Shown piece after piece: positions 10,001 through 22,000 of a DNA stretch of 64,000 nt. The stretch spans positions 4,340,001 through 4,404,000 of the forward strand of contig OZ038379.1 of assembly GCA_964036045.1 (NCBI GenBank), given 5' to 3'. The stretch is from Eutreptiella sp. 'Long Island Sound 2002' (Eukaryota; Protista; Euglenida). The position numbers were made by a program, and so were the translations under genes. Each line of letters opens with the position of its first letter. Positions within the stretch are counted from its first letter, which is position 1. The notes under the pieces are model-generated. The model ran no database searches, was not told where the DNA came from, and saw only the letters and a program-made list of their open reading frames with translations.

Positions 10001-13000
10001 GGGCATCAGGTGCGGGGCCGGGCTCCGCCTCATCCTCCCGCAGACCCTCTGCCGGCCCAGCTCTGACTCACTGGTTCTGACCACATGTACGAAAAGCAAT
10101 GGTGTTCCTGTGCTTTGCTGCATTGGTCTTGCGCTGCAGCAATTGTTTACAAGGAGTACCCCCGGCAGCCCTGATGAGCAGAGGGACAACTGTCTTCCAG
10201 TGGCTGGCGACAAGTGATGTACACGGTACCGGTGCGTACACCCGGACGTACCAACCCGGCGCACTTACTGCGCCTTTGTGGCAGCCCCCCCTTTTTCCCC
10301 CACTCCCTGCCTTTGCTCTAAAGCGCGTGCCCTGCGGCTGTGGCATCCCCAGCCCTACGCCAGCACCCCATGGCCCCACACCCCCTGCGGTTTCTCCCCT
10401 TGCCCTCCTGCCTTCCGTCGTCACATTCGCCCTCCACATGACCCCGTGCAGATCTTTCTCGATCAAATGGAGAAGTGCTCGGACATTGGGGCGGCCACAA
10501 CACTTCAGGAGCTGTACAAAGACAACACGTTGATGTTGGTGGACCACGACCACATTCAGTTCTTCATCCAGCAGATTCAGAAGTTGGGCCAGGATGCAGG
10601 GTACCTCCGGTTCCTGTGCAGCATCGTTTACTGTTCACGCCAGGCCATGAGTGATCGCCAGGAGCTTGTGCGAGAGCTGCTGCTGCAGCAGCAGCCCAAC
10701 CTTTTGCTCAAGGTGATAGACACCCGGGGCGAGATAAGCGTGATCGCCAGCCGCCCTGGGGCGGCCTCTCGGGTGTACGCCTTCAAGGACCTCTTTTCGA
10801 GCAGTCAAACACAGGTCATCGGCGCTTCCCATGTGTCATTGTGTCATGTGCAGTCCTTGTATGACTGGTGTTGTAATCTGTTGTCTCATGGTGTGTTGTG
10901 TTGTATTGTGTTGTGTTGTGTTGTGTTGTGTTGTGTTGTGTTGTGTTGTGTTGTGTTGTGTTGTGTTGTGTTGTGTTGTGTTGTGTTGTGTTGTGTTGTG
11001 TTGTGTTGTGTTGTGTTGTGTTGTGTTGTGCCGAAGGCGCTGTTACCAGAAGGCAATGGCCGGGATGTCTACCCACGGGTACAGGTAAACGGGAGGGCTG
11101 TGTGTGTAGCGCGCGCGCTGTGTGTAAGTGTGCGGGTATCGGCGGAAAGAGGGGAAGTAGGGGAAACCTGAAGGTCACCCTCCTGGCGACTGCTATCAGC
11201 CCACAAGCTCCCGCTGCACTCCCTCTCTCTCCGCCTGCTAGTGCAGGCGCAGCTCCTGCAACACCCACGCCATTGTGCTGTTCGGGCCCAGGCAGGCCTT
11301 TAGCAACGTGGCACGCGCCTTGGCGTGGGCGTACCAGACTCTGATGGACTCCTCGATGACGTGGCGTATGAACTCAGTCCCCAGTGTGTGGGGCCCGGAG
11401 CACTCCATATGGGCCCGTTGCATGGAGGGGGTGCGCAACGCTGCCGCCCACTGTTCCAAAACAGCCGGCTCGCATGGAGGGGGTGCGCAACGGTGCCGCC
11501 CACTGTTCCAAAACAGCCGCCTCCCACAGCTTGTTGCGCACCGACACGGCCTGACTTCCCACCCGGAGACTTCTAATAAGGCTATCGTGGTCAGCCTAGT
11601 AGCTCCCGAGGGACCCCCTCCCGCTGTGTGTTGTGTCGTGTTGCGTTGCGTTGCGTTGTGTTGTGCCGAAGGCGCTGTTACCAGAAGGCAATGGCCGGGA
11701 TGTCTACCCGCGGGTACAGGTAAACGGGAGGGCTGTGTGTGTAGCGCGCGCGCTGTGTGTAAGTGTGTGGTTATCGGCGGAAAGAGGGGAAGTAGGGGAA
11801 AACCTGGATGTCACCCTCCTGGCGACAGCTGTCATCCCAAAAGTTCCCGCTATACTCCCTCTCTCTCCGCCTGCTGGTGCAAGCATAGCTCTTGTAACAC
11901 CCACGCCATCGTGCTGCCAGGGCCCAGGCCGGCTTTCGGCAACGTGGCACGCGCCTTGGCGTGGGCCAGACTCTAATGGACGCTCGCCGGCGGCTTGCGG
12001 AGTGGCTCGACCAGAAGGTGGGGAAACGGGCTGCCTCGGTGCACCACCAGCTGTGGGAGCCGACTGTACTGGAGCAGTGGGCGGCGGCCTTGCGTACCCC
12101 CTCCATGCAGCGAGCCCACATGGAGTGCTCAGGGCCCCACACGCTGGGGACAGAGTTCATTCGTCACGTCATCGAGGAGTCCCCACTCATGGGACGTGGC
12201 CGAGCAGGCCCCAAGGTGGGGTGCCGTTTCGGGTTGCGCTCCACATAGGAGGCACGTGGTGTCCAGCACCGTGTCCCGGTGGGAGGACCGGTTCGCCAGG
12301 ACAGTCATCGTGGGGATGTTGTCCATGCGGTGCGCCGTAATGTGGCGCTGCTGGTCGCTATCGAACCAGTCGAGGGGGAGTCCACTCCCCGATGTGTAGT
12401 TCGCCCCCCATCAGGCCTCATAGCCGGCCCGCGCCGGTATGGAGGCCCGATCCTGTAACCAGACGCTCAGCGCCGTTGGGGAGAGCTGGCACTGGTCCCG
12501 GTAGGTCACCAGGGGGAGAAAGGAGAAGGGGTGTCGGAGGAGCCATGTTAGGTCTACCTCTGGCGTCGCCGCACCCACACGGACGTTCAGGTCCGTTATC
12601 CAGTGCGACGGCGTAGTGACCACGTTGATGGCTGAGGTCAGGGAGAGGCGTCAGCCTCCCAGGACAGTGGCGTAGAGGTGGTGTATGCCATCTCCACAAT
12701 GGCCTCCGGCGTGATACGTTCGGAGGGCCCCCACCGCCGCCTCAGAGTCTGGCACCAGCCAAAATACCCCTGGCTGTTGCGCCAGCCTGCGGACGTACGA
12801 GAGGAGTATCATGGCCTCCCCCTCTTGGGAGGTGCCCACCCCGGAGGCCACGTGGGTCCGGTAGGCCTCGGGCCCGCTGTGGGCGATCCCTGCCATAGCC
12901 ATGCCTGCCTGCGTGGTCCCGGCATCCACTGCGGCCACGGTGCCGCGGAGAGTCGCCAGCGCCGGCAGGTCATGGAACCAAATGCCCAGCTTGATCTCGG

Positions 13001-16000
13001 GGGTTAGCACTTGCGGGGGGGCTGCGTTGTGTTGTGCGGTGCTGTGCTGTGCTGTGCTGTGCTGTGTCGTGTTGTGTCATGTGTTGGCCTCCGTGTGTCG
13101 GTGGTAAGTGTCTTGTTCTCTTGCTCGTATGCGTTGTGTTGCTTGTATGTTGCCTGTGCAGCGCTCGAGCTGCAGCATTCTTTGACATACATCGTGCGGT
13201 TGTGCAGGTAAAGTGTCGCGTGTCACACCGTGCATGCGTGTTGTCACAGATTGCTTGTTTTGCCATGAGTGCCATGTAGTGTGGTGGATCGTCTCTGCAT
13301 TCATTTGCCTTGTTGATGTGTGTTGTCCATTTCAGGGCTGGGGTGCAGCCAGGGGTGCATTGGAAGCCCCCCCCCCCCCCTCATTCAGGGCGCCCAGCCT
13401 ATGCCCAGCCACTGTCTCCCTGGTGGCAAGGCTCAATGGCATGTGTAACCGACTGTAACCGCCCCCAAGTGCTTCGGCAACCTCCTCGAAAAGCGCCTGT
13501 CTAACCGCCTCTGGGACTGCCTCTGAGGGTGTATGTTGTAATTCGTGTATTTTTTTTTTGCGGTAAATGCGTGTAACAAAAAAATCGTCTTGTGTAATTT
13601 TTTTTTTTGCGGTAAGTCATGTAAGCCCGTCACACGCATTACCGCAAAACAAAAAAAATTACACGGCGAGACGATTTTTTTGTACACGCGTTTACCGCAA
13701 AAAAAAAATTACACGACGTGACGATTTTTTTTGTTACACGCATTTACCGCAAAAAAAAAAATTACATGACGTGACAATTTTTTCCTACACACGTTTACCA
13801 CAAAAATAAAAAAATTACACGACCTTACCGCAAAGAAACAATTACCAATTTTACTGAAAATGCATGCCTGTAGGCGATGTGCCCACTTGTGGCCACATAG
13901 TGGCCGCTAGGCCTATGTAGCCCGTGCCATGGGCCCCCCAAAAGTTTTAAAATTGCTGTTTGTAGGTGGTTCAATGGCATTTGGTGTGTGCACAAACTGC
14001 TTCAGCAGTTTTCCGGCCTCTACACGTCAAAAATGGAAATTTTTGCAAAACTTTTTTTTCATATTGTGACCACCCACAATGATGAAATATGCTATGTAAA
14101 GCATGTTTTAGCCCCTCTTGGTGTGTTTTTCACCCTATTTGGGTGTTTTGGGGGGGGGGGGGGGGCTCCCAAGGGGGCCGGGGCACAACCTGCTTATGCA
14201 GTTTTCCAGCCTCGGCAACTCAAAAATGGAATTTTCCAAAACTGATTTTTTTTATATTCTTACCATCCAAAATTATCAAATATCCTATGTCAAGCATGTT
14301 TCAGCCCCTCTTTATGTGTTTTTCACCCTATTTGGGTGTTCAGGGGGGGGGGGGGGGCTCCCAAGGGGGCCAATCCACGCTTTGTTGCGTGGCCCCTTGA
14401 GTTGGGGCTAGGGACTCTCAATCCACGCTTTGTTGTGTGGCCCCTTGAGTTGGGGTTAGGAACTCTCAATCCACGCTTTGTTGCGTGGCTGGACGGTTGG
14501 TCTTGTGGTTTTCAAAGCTTGAACATCGCGAAGCTGGTGGGGTATTTTTTCCAATGTGCCCCTCGTCCCAATGGGGGCCTATGGGGACCTATGGGAAAAT
14601 ATGGGGATCTATGGGGACCTATGAGGGGCATATGGGGGCCTAAGGGGGACCTATGGGGACTATGGGGACCTATTGGGGCCTATGGGGACCTTTGGGGACC
14701 TATTGGCACCTATGTGGACCTAGGGGGACCTATTGTGACCAATGCGGACCTATGGCGACCTATGGCATCCTTTGGGCACCTATGGGGACCTATGGGGACC
14801 TATGGGGACCTATGGGGGCATGTGGGGACCTAATGGCACCTATGGGGACCTATGGGGAACTATGGGGGCCTATGGGGACCTATGGGGACCTATGGGGGCC
14901 TGTGGGGACCTATGGCAACCTTTGGGCACCTATGGGGACCTATGGGGACCTGTGGGAACCTATGGGGGCATGTGGGGACCTATTGGCACCTATGGGGACC
15001 TATGGGGAACTATGGGGGCCTATGGGGGCCTATGGGGACCTATGGGGACCTATGGGGACCTATGGGGGCCTGTGGGGACCTATGGGGACCTATGGGGGCC
15101 TATGGGGACCTATGGGGACCTATGGGGACCTATGGGGACCTATTGGGGCCTCTGGGGACCTTAGGGGAGTTTTGGGGACCGTTGGGGACTTACAGGGACC
15201 TATAGGGGCGTATGGGGACCTATGGGGACTTTTCCGGATTCTGGTTTTTTCCAGCTTTTCCGTGTTGGCTTGATCTTTCCCAACCCCGTTATTTTTTTAT
15301 TTTTTTCTTGGGTGGGTTTTTGCACACCCATTTTGACCCCCCCCCCCTTCCTCCAAGCATCAGACCTATATCAGACATATCACTCATCTTGTTGTATACA
15401 CTGCAAACACAACATGCCACATCAGACATCAGACATCAGACATCAGACTTTATACACAATCTTGGTGGACTTGGCGTCCCATCGTTAAGGTCACTATGGG
15501 GTGCCGTACGGAACCGGCAGCTGTACATATTGCGCATGTGTGGCAAAGGTTGCATTTCTTTCAATTTTTCAATTTTTTTTATAATTTACACGACGTACCG
15601 CAAAAAAAAAAAGTACACACCCTTACCGCAAAAAAAAAATTGAATTAAATTAAATTCACAGGACTTACCGCAAAAAAAAAATTACACGCATTTACCGCAA
15701 AAAAAAATTACACTACTAGACGATTTTTTTTGTACACGAGTTACATTTTACACCATCTGAGGTTTCTCCCGTCTAATGCATCCCTGGGCGCAGCCTGTAG
15801 GTGCAGTGTAGTGCAAGCCCCGCGGCCCCTCTTCTCAGGATTACTTGATTGCTTCAATGGAGCTCTTCGCTGAGCTGTGCCGCGGGCGCAACGAAAATTG
15901 CCGCAAACATGTGGAGCGCTTCATCCCCCAGCGGATCGTGGCGGACCTCATCACCACCCCCAACCTCAGGTGTGTGGCCACGCATTGCGATGGTAAAGGG

Positions 16001-19000
16001 TGTGCAATGGGCGGTCTGTGGTGAGGACGTTTGTTGCGTGTGGTAGGCGTTGAAGATGGGCGGGGCGGGGGCGTGGGGCTTACGGCCCGGGGGGCGGGGG
16101 CGTTCAGCAGTGACACAGGGCAGGGGGTGTAGGGCAGTGCCACAGGGTGCCCACAGTGGTGCTGGGATGCATTGGAAGTGACACCCCCCCCCTCTTCCAT
16201 GGGCTGAGGCTGCGACCCCGTCGCTCTCTCCCTTTCCCTCATTGACCCCATCCCAACGGCATTTGTAGCCGAATGTAATCACTCCGAACCGTTTTACCAA
16301 CACACCCCCAACCGCCTTTTTCACCGCTTCTGACAGAGAAAAAGGGGCCGTCCCCTTTCAATGCATCCCTGGGGCAGTGGGGCGGGGCGGGGCGGGGGGC
16401 AAGACTGGGGGCTGCTTCTCGTGTGGCGCCTGTGGAGCACCCTGCGGCGCGCAATTTGGGTAATCATCCTGGAACAGAGGCAATATAGTGGCACAGACAC
16501 ACATGCATTTTTTTACATACCATATACCCCTATACACCCTTTCCCCCCTATTTTTGTTACTATTTTTTTGCCTTTTTGCATTGAGCCGGGGCCGTAGTCT
16601 CTCCTCTGTACAGAGCGATGGTGTTAACAGATCAACCTGCACGGAATTTTTTTTGTTCCGGTGTATATTTTCTGGACAATGTACACTAAAGCTAAGTACC
16701 CTTACCCTGCGGCGCCCACGGTGCGCCCGCAGCGCGCAGTAAGCGTTCCCTAGGGCGGGGGCGCGGACGATGGGGTCTTGGGTTCAGGTTTGGAGGCTTA
16801 TGTTCAGGGTCACAGGCCCAGCAAGGGGCCGCACGTCTGGGGGCAGGCCCGCTGCATGGGGCCACGGGGGCGCGTGCCTTCCCTTGTGGCCATCCGAATC
16901 CCCTTCCAAGATACCGTTACTCCCACACACCACAGGCGACTCGCCAGCGGTGGCTGGAGGGGGCTGTGCCGCTTGAGGGGGCAGCAGGGGGCTGTGGGCA
17001 CTGCACTGGGGCAACATAAGTGAACTACACGGGGGCAGATGGGGAAAAGTGCACTGGGTAATGGTAGCAGGACATGGGGCTGGAGGTGGAGCTTGAGGTG
17101 GAGCTACCGCCAAACGTGAGTTCTATGGGACCAGGGGAACCGGCACGGGGGCAGTGAGGGGGGCATCGGATGGCAACAGCTCCATTGGGGCGGTGGGGGT
17201 ACACCGCCCATGGGGCAGTGGGAGACCAAGTGCTTTGGGGCTGCAGGGGAGGGACCTGCACTGAGGCTGTGGGGACTGAACACCGTGCGGCCGATGGGAA
17301 TAGGCCGCACAGAGGCTGGGGCAGTGGTGGTACATTGCCGGGGCAATCCATGGGATGCCAAGATGTGCGCAAGACATCCTCTGGGCATTTGGGCAGCCAG
17401 GGTAGGGCATGGGCAGGGGCCACAAGTGAAGGCGGCATCGGCACCGTCCGCCACTGCGTTCTTCACAACTGCTATTCCAATCAGGGTTGTGCTTAGTGTT
17501 TGGCCTACAGAACGGGGGGGGGGGGTATGAGGGCAAAAACAAGTTTGTGTACCTAAAATAGGCCTCTCATTTTTCGCTCTATTCAAAATTCATTTTTCCT
17601 CAGAGGAAATTTTTTTTGGTTTTCGGTGGGAGGTTGGTTTGACCTGGGGGGGTGGGTCTGCCAGATCCAGCCCCCTGCCCGGTAGACAAGCACATCCCTG
17701 ATTCCAATGCACCACGATCCACCGTGGTACGACATGCAGGGCTCTACTGGCTATGCGTGTCTGTCGCCTTTGCCTCACTGCCCCCATTTCTTGTGCAGTG
17801 ATGAGCTGCTGGCGGCGTTCTTCTCCCTGTACACCTCCGCACACGTGGATGCAGGTATCTGTGGGCGTGTTCCTTGGGAGCTTGGGTAGGGGGTGGGGAT
17901 GGGGTAGGGTGTGGCAGGACGGGGCGGGGTGGTTCAGGGCAGGAGGACGGAGTGGGGCGGGGGATGGTTGGGTATGGTATGGTATGGTGCAGTGTGAAGC
18001 GGGGCAGAGCAGCGTAGGGCAGGGGGGGGGGTTGTACATTTGGAAGGAAGTGCGTGCCTGCCTGCGTGACTCCACTCACGCACGTACTCACGCACTCATA
18101 TGAGTGAGTGTGTGCGTGACTGAGTGAGTGAGTCAGGCCGGCCCATTGGCCCTCAACACGTCAAGGCTCCGGGCTGTCGATGGTCCATCGTGCCCACGGG
18201 GGCCCTCATATATCCCCCCCCCCCCGCACGCGCAAATACCCCTTTCTTCTGTGCGCAGCACATTTTGTCCTGAGCTCGTGCTTCGGTGTTCATGGGACAC
18301 AGGGCTTGTAAGTGCCCCGCCACTGTTGTCCCATTGTCCCATAGCCACAAATGTATTGGAAGAGGAGGGGGGGGGGGCTGGGGTGGCTCCGGCCCGGCCC
18401 CTCCTCCTCCTCCTGCGGTTGTCAACCGTGGTGCGTTCCAGATGGTTGGTGTTACTTCCTGGAGGCTTCTGGACGGTTGCTGATGGTTCCCTGGATCATG
18501 CATTGGGAGCGGAGGGGGGGGGGGGAGGGGGTCCAGGGGGTGGGGGTGGGGACGGTGAAGGAACACAGAGATGTCTCAGTCCCGGAAGCATTGCCCCGCC
18601 CCTGGCGGCTGACTGCCCTGAAGAGGTGTGCACCGCTGGCCTTGAGGGAGCTGTGCCCTGGGAGTAGCAGGGTGACAGCAGGGGGGCTATGCACGGGCCA
18701 TGAGCTGTGTGCTGGGGCAGATGTGGGGGTGTCTGTGCCGGGGCAGCGGCAGAAAAGTGTTTTCTGCAGCAGCAGGAAGGGGCTGTGCAGCAGGGCAGCA
18801 ATAGGGGGGGGGTGAGGCAGCTTGTGTCTCCCCGGCGCCAGCGGCCCCTCTGGATTCGGACCTGGCCATCGAATCCGTTACTGAAAACCTCCCCCTCCGG
18901 TACCGGAGGTCTTACAGCTGCCCTCCGCTTGCGGGCGTGCTGCAGGGGGGTACAGGGGGGGTACAGAGGGGGCGGGGGATAATTTCGTGTGAAGGGTTCG

Positions 19001-22000
19001 TCTTTACGGAAGGTGGCGGAATTTTCCCCTGGCGAAATCTGGGGGCTTTGGCAGTGGCGCGCCACAACACATGCACACCACAAGGCCACAGCACGGGTAC
19101 AATGACCATGAAAGAACATGGTGCTGTGTGTGCTTGGGGCCATTGCAGAATAGGCCGTGTGTGCCACTTTTTCGGGGGTAGATTTGACCTCGAAGGGCTG
19201 AGCATGCTGGCCACTGGAATGGGCCCACGTGCTGAGGCCTGGCTGCCACCGTTGCCGGTCCTGTGCACATCCAAATGTTCAAGGTGACGGTACCCCCACC
19301 CCCTGTGTGACATTGCATCCCTCAGTGGTTTCCATACGGGGCCCTGGACAGTCCCCCGTTCTTCCGGGCACCGAAATGTGCCGGCTCAGAAGGCCTGGTC
19401 CGCCAAGCCGCTGTCTCGACTCAACCATTGCAGTGTGCGCGTGAGGCAGTGGAAGCATTGGGATTTGCAAGGGTGGCGAGATTTTACCCCTCCGAAATTT
19501 CCCCCGGCGAAATGATCCCCACGCGAAATTAATCCCCCCCCCCACCCCCGTAAGCACAGGGCCTGCCACATCGGCGTCCGTTGCTCCAAAACAAACGCCC
19601 ATTGCCGCCGATGGGCAGGCAGTCCAGAGACCACGAAAAACCGGAGGCCGCTTTGGTTTGTATCTTTCTGAAGTACCCCCCCCCCCCTGTCTCCCAGGCA
19701 CCAACGCTCCGGTGTGCATCGCCTCCCGCGCCAAGATCAACTCCATGTCCGTCGTGCCCAACCCCCAGTGGGTGGCGGCCCCGGAGCTGCAGAAGGTGAT
19801 GATGTTCGTGTGCAACTTCCTGAAGGACACGCCGTCGCTGCTCAAGACAGACGGGCGCCTGGAGCTGCTGCACCGCGCCCTCGGCCTCTTCAAGGCCCTG
19901 GTCACGTTCGGGCACGCGGGCAGCCACCAGCCCTTCTGTACCCTGGACACGGCCATGCCCCTTGTGCCCGTGTTCGTGGAGGTGTGTGTGCGGAGGGCGG
20001 GCCTGCGCTGGAAGGGGGTGGTGTAGCCCCCCTACGCCCCCTTTTGGGAGGTGACTGTCGGGCCCGGTCCAACCGCTTCAGTATGTCTGCCCCATTGCCC
20101 GCCAACCGTTTTGCAACCGCCAGGACGGCTACGGAAACCGCGTTCCAGCCGCCAGGGGGAATGCTTCCTGCGCACCGCAGGCGCGGCAGGGGAAGGGTAA
20201 TGAGCTGCGGGATAATTAGCACCGCATTAACTTTCCTCAATTTTGAGTGAAGGAAGTAGGTCAAACGGGCACAATGGCGAGGCACAATACTCAAAAGAGA
20301 CAAAAATGTTGCGATGCCCACTCCCCATTCAAAGGTACGGTTCATGAAGGGTACCGTTTCCCCTGTGCCATGACAATGCACCGAATTGCGCGCCGCAGGT
20401 CCCGCAGGCGTCGCAGGATTACCTTTCCCAGTGACCGCTCTGGTGGTGCAACCGCTCTTTGACACTTCCCTTTCCCCCTCCCCCTCATGCGCCGCCCTGT
20501 TGGAGGGTCATGGAGGGCACACACGGGGTTTTGGGGGGGCTGCGGGCAGATTTGGGGAGGGTTTGTTGTGTGAGTAGCGTTTATAGAGAAGGCAGACAGG
20601 GGGGCGGCCGTGACAATTGCCTGTGGGGCGGGCTCCCCAACGACGTTGAGGACGGGCTGAGAGGTTGGACCAGACTTGCCACAAGCGTGCGGCAGGTCAC
20701 ACCCTGGGGCCCTGGGACACTGGGGCAGGGGACCTGATGGATGGTGGAGGCCAAAGGGGAATGGGCACGGAGCGGTGGAGGGGAGTGGGTGGCTGAGGGG
20801 GCTGAGTACTCGGGCTGAGAGCAATGAGGAGGCGGAGGGAGCTGAGGCCGGTGGTGCAGTGGATGAGGCAGAGGAGAAGGTCGCGAGGGTGCCAAGGCGC
20901 GCGCTGAGCGGCGCGCGAAAACCGTTGGACCCGCTGAACGGAAGCGGTTCGTGCCGCCGTCATCCGGCCCTACGCTGTGCGGCCGGGGCGGGGGTGCCCG
21001 CAAGGGCGTGAAGGGGGCGCCAGCGGATATCAAGGGCCCCAACCAGAAGCTCCACGTTTGGAAGTCCGGTCAGATATGCCCCGTCGGCAGACGAACAGGC
21101 CGTAGCGGCCCGGCAGGGACTGGCCTCCGAAAAGCAGCTTTGCCACGGGCGCGGCCTACAAACCTCCGCGGGCCTGGCGTGTGGGGGCAGGCCTGCGCTT
21201 GAAGGGGGGGGGAGGGGGCGGCAACACTGTCGGTTACGCTCCAACCGTCTCCTTCCAACTGCAACTGCCGCTGCAACGGTTTTGTAACTCCCATAGCCGA
21301 CCGTTTTCATAGGCGTTCGCCGCCCTTCCTGTGGCTTCCCCCTTCCCTCAGCGCAGGCCCGGGGGAAGGTGCCTCCGCCCTGTTAAGTGGCCCAGGCCTT
21401 GGGCCCCCATTATGCGCCCCCTGTGCGGACCTCCGTGCCGCAGGCGTTGCAAGTGCGGAATGCGGCGCACAACAAGAAGAACGACAGCGGGGCCGACAGC
21501 GTCATCAACAAGCGGATGAGCGGCGAGTGGTCCATTGGGGGCATTGCTGCGGCCTCGGCAGTGGCCACGGCCCTGGACGCCATGAAGGCCTCCAACGAGC
21601 GCAGCCAGGTCCCTGTGCCTGCCCGAGGGCGTTTGGCAGTGCACAGAGTTTTTTCTTTTTTTTCAAAAAAAAAAAAAAAACGCCCGGTCCAACCGCCGTC
21701 AGTTGGCCCACAACCGCCGTCGGTTGGCCCGATTGGCCCAGAACGGCTGACATTAGCCTCCGGATTTGGGTCCAGCATCCAGCATCTGTTTCAGGGGCTC
21801 AATTGACTGGCGTCCGTTGCACCACGATCCCCCCCCGCCCACAGATGCACACATTCATCGTTCCCCTCCCTCCCGTTCCTCTCCCATTCAATGCAAACCC
21901 CGCCCCTCCCTCCGTCCCCGCAGTGTCCCATTGGGCCACGCTTGTGTAGCCAGAAATGACTGGGGGGCCATGGGCCCGTAAACCTTAATACCAACGCCGT

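Larger units (their letters stand above)
13350..15786. mobile_element. hAT-type MITE interrupted by a 2.2-kb nested element
   Basis: TIRs CAGGGGTGCATTGGAA / TCTAATGCATCCCTG; flanks GGTGCAGC / GGCGCAGC (8-bp TSD, 7 of 8 match). Confidence 0.8.

Noticed and set aside
10860-11171. Cys/Val-rich ORFs (VLCCVVLCC) and the similar ELCG/TQLT ORFs at 50.4 kb
   Set aside because: Translations of (TGTTG)n and 12-bp tandem repeats.
14336-15273. Long ORFs with [10 protein letters not shown] repeats
   Set aside because: Translation of the 10-bp minisatellite; open in several frames and has no splice context.
18075-18135. Imperfect palindrome centred on CTCATATGAG
   Set aside because: Built from low-complexity GAGT/ACTC repeats; no evidence of function.
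20676-21011. Acidic ORF ([20 protein letters not shown]) as a possible exon
   Set aside because: No pyrimidine tract or convincing acceptor, and it merges into MITE-like repeat sequence.
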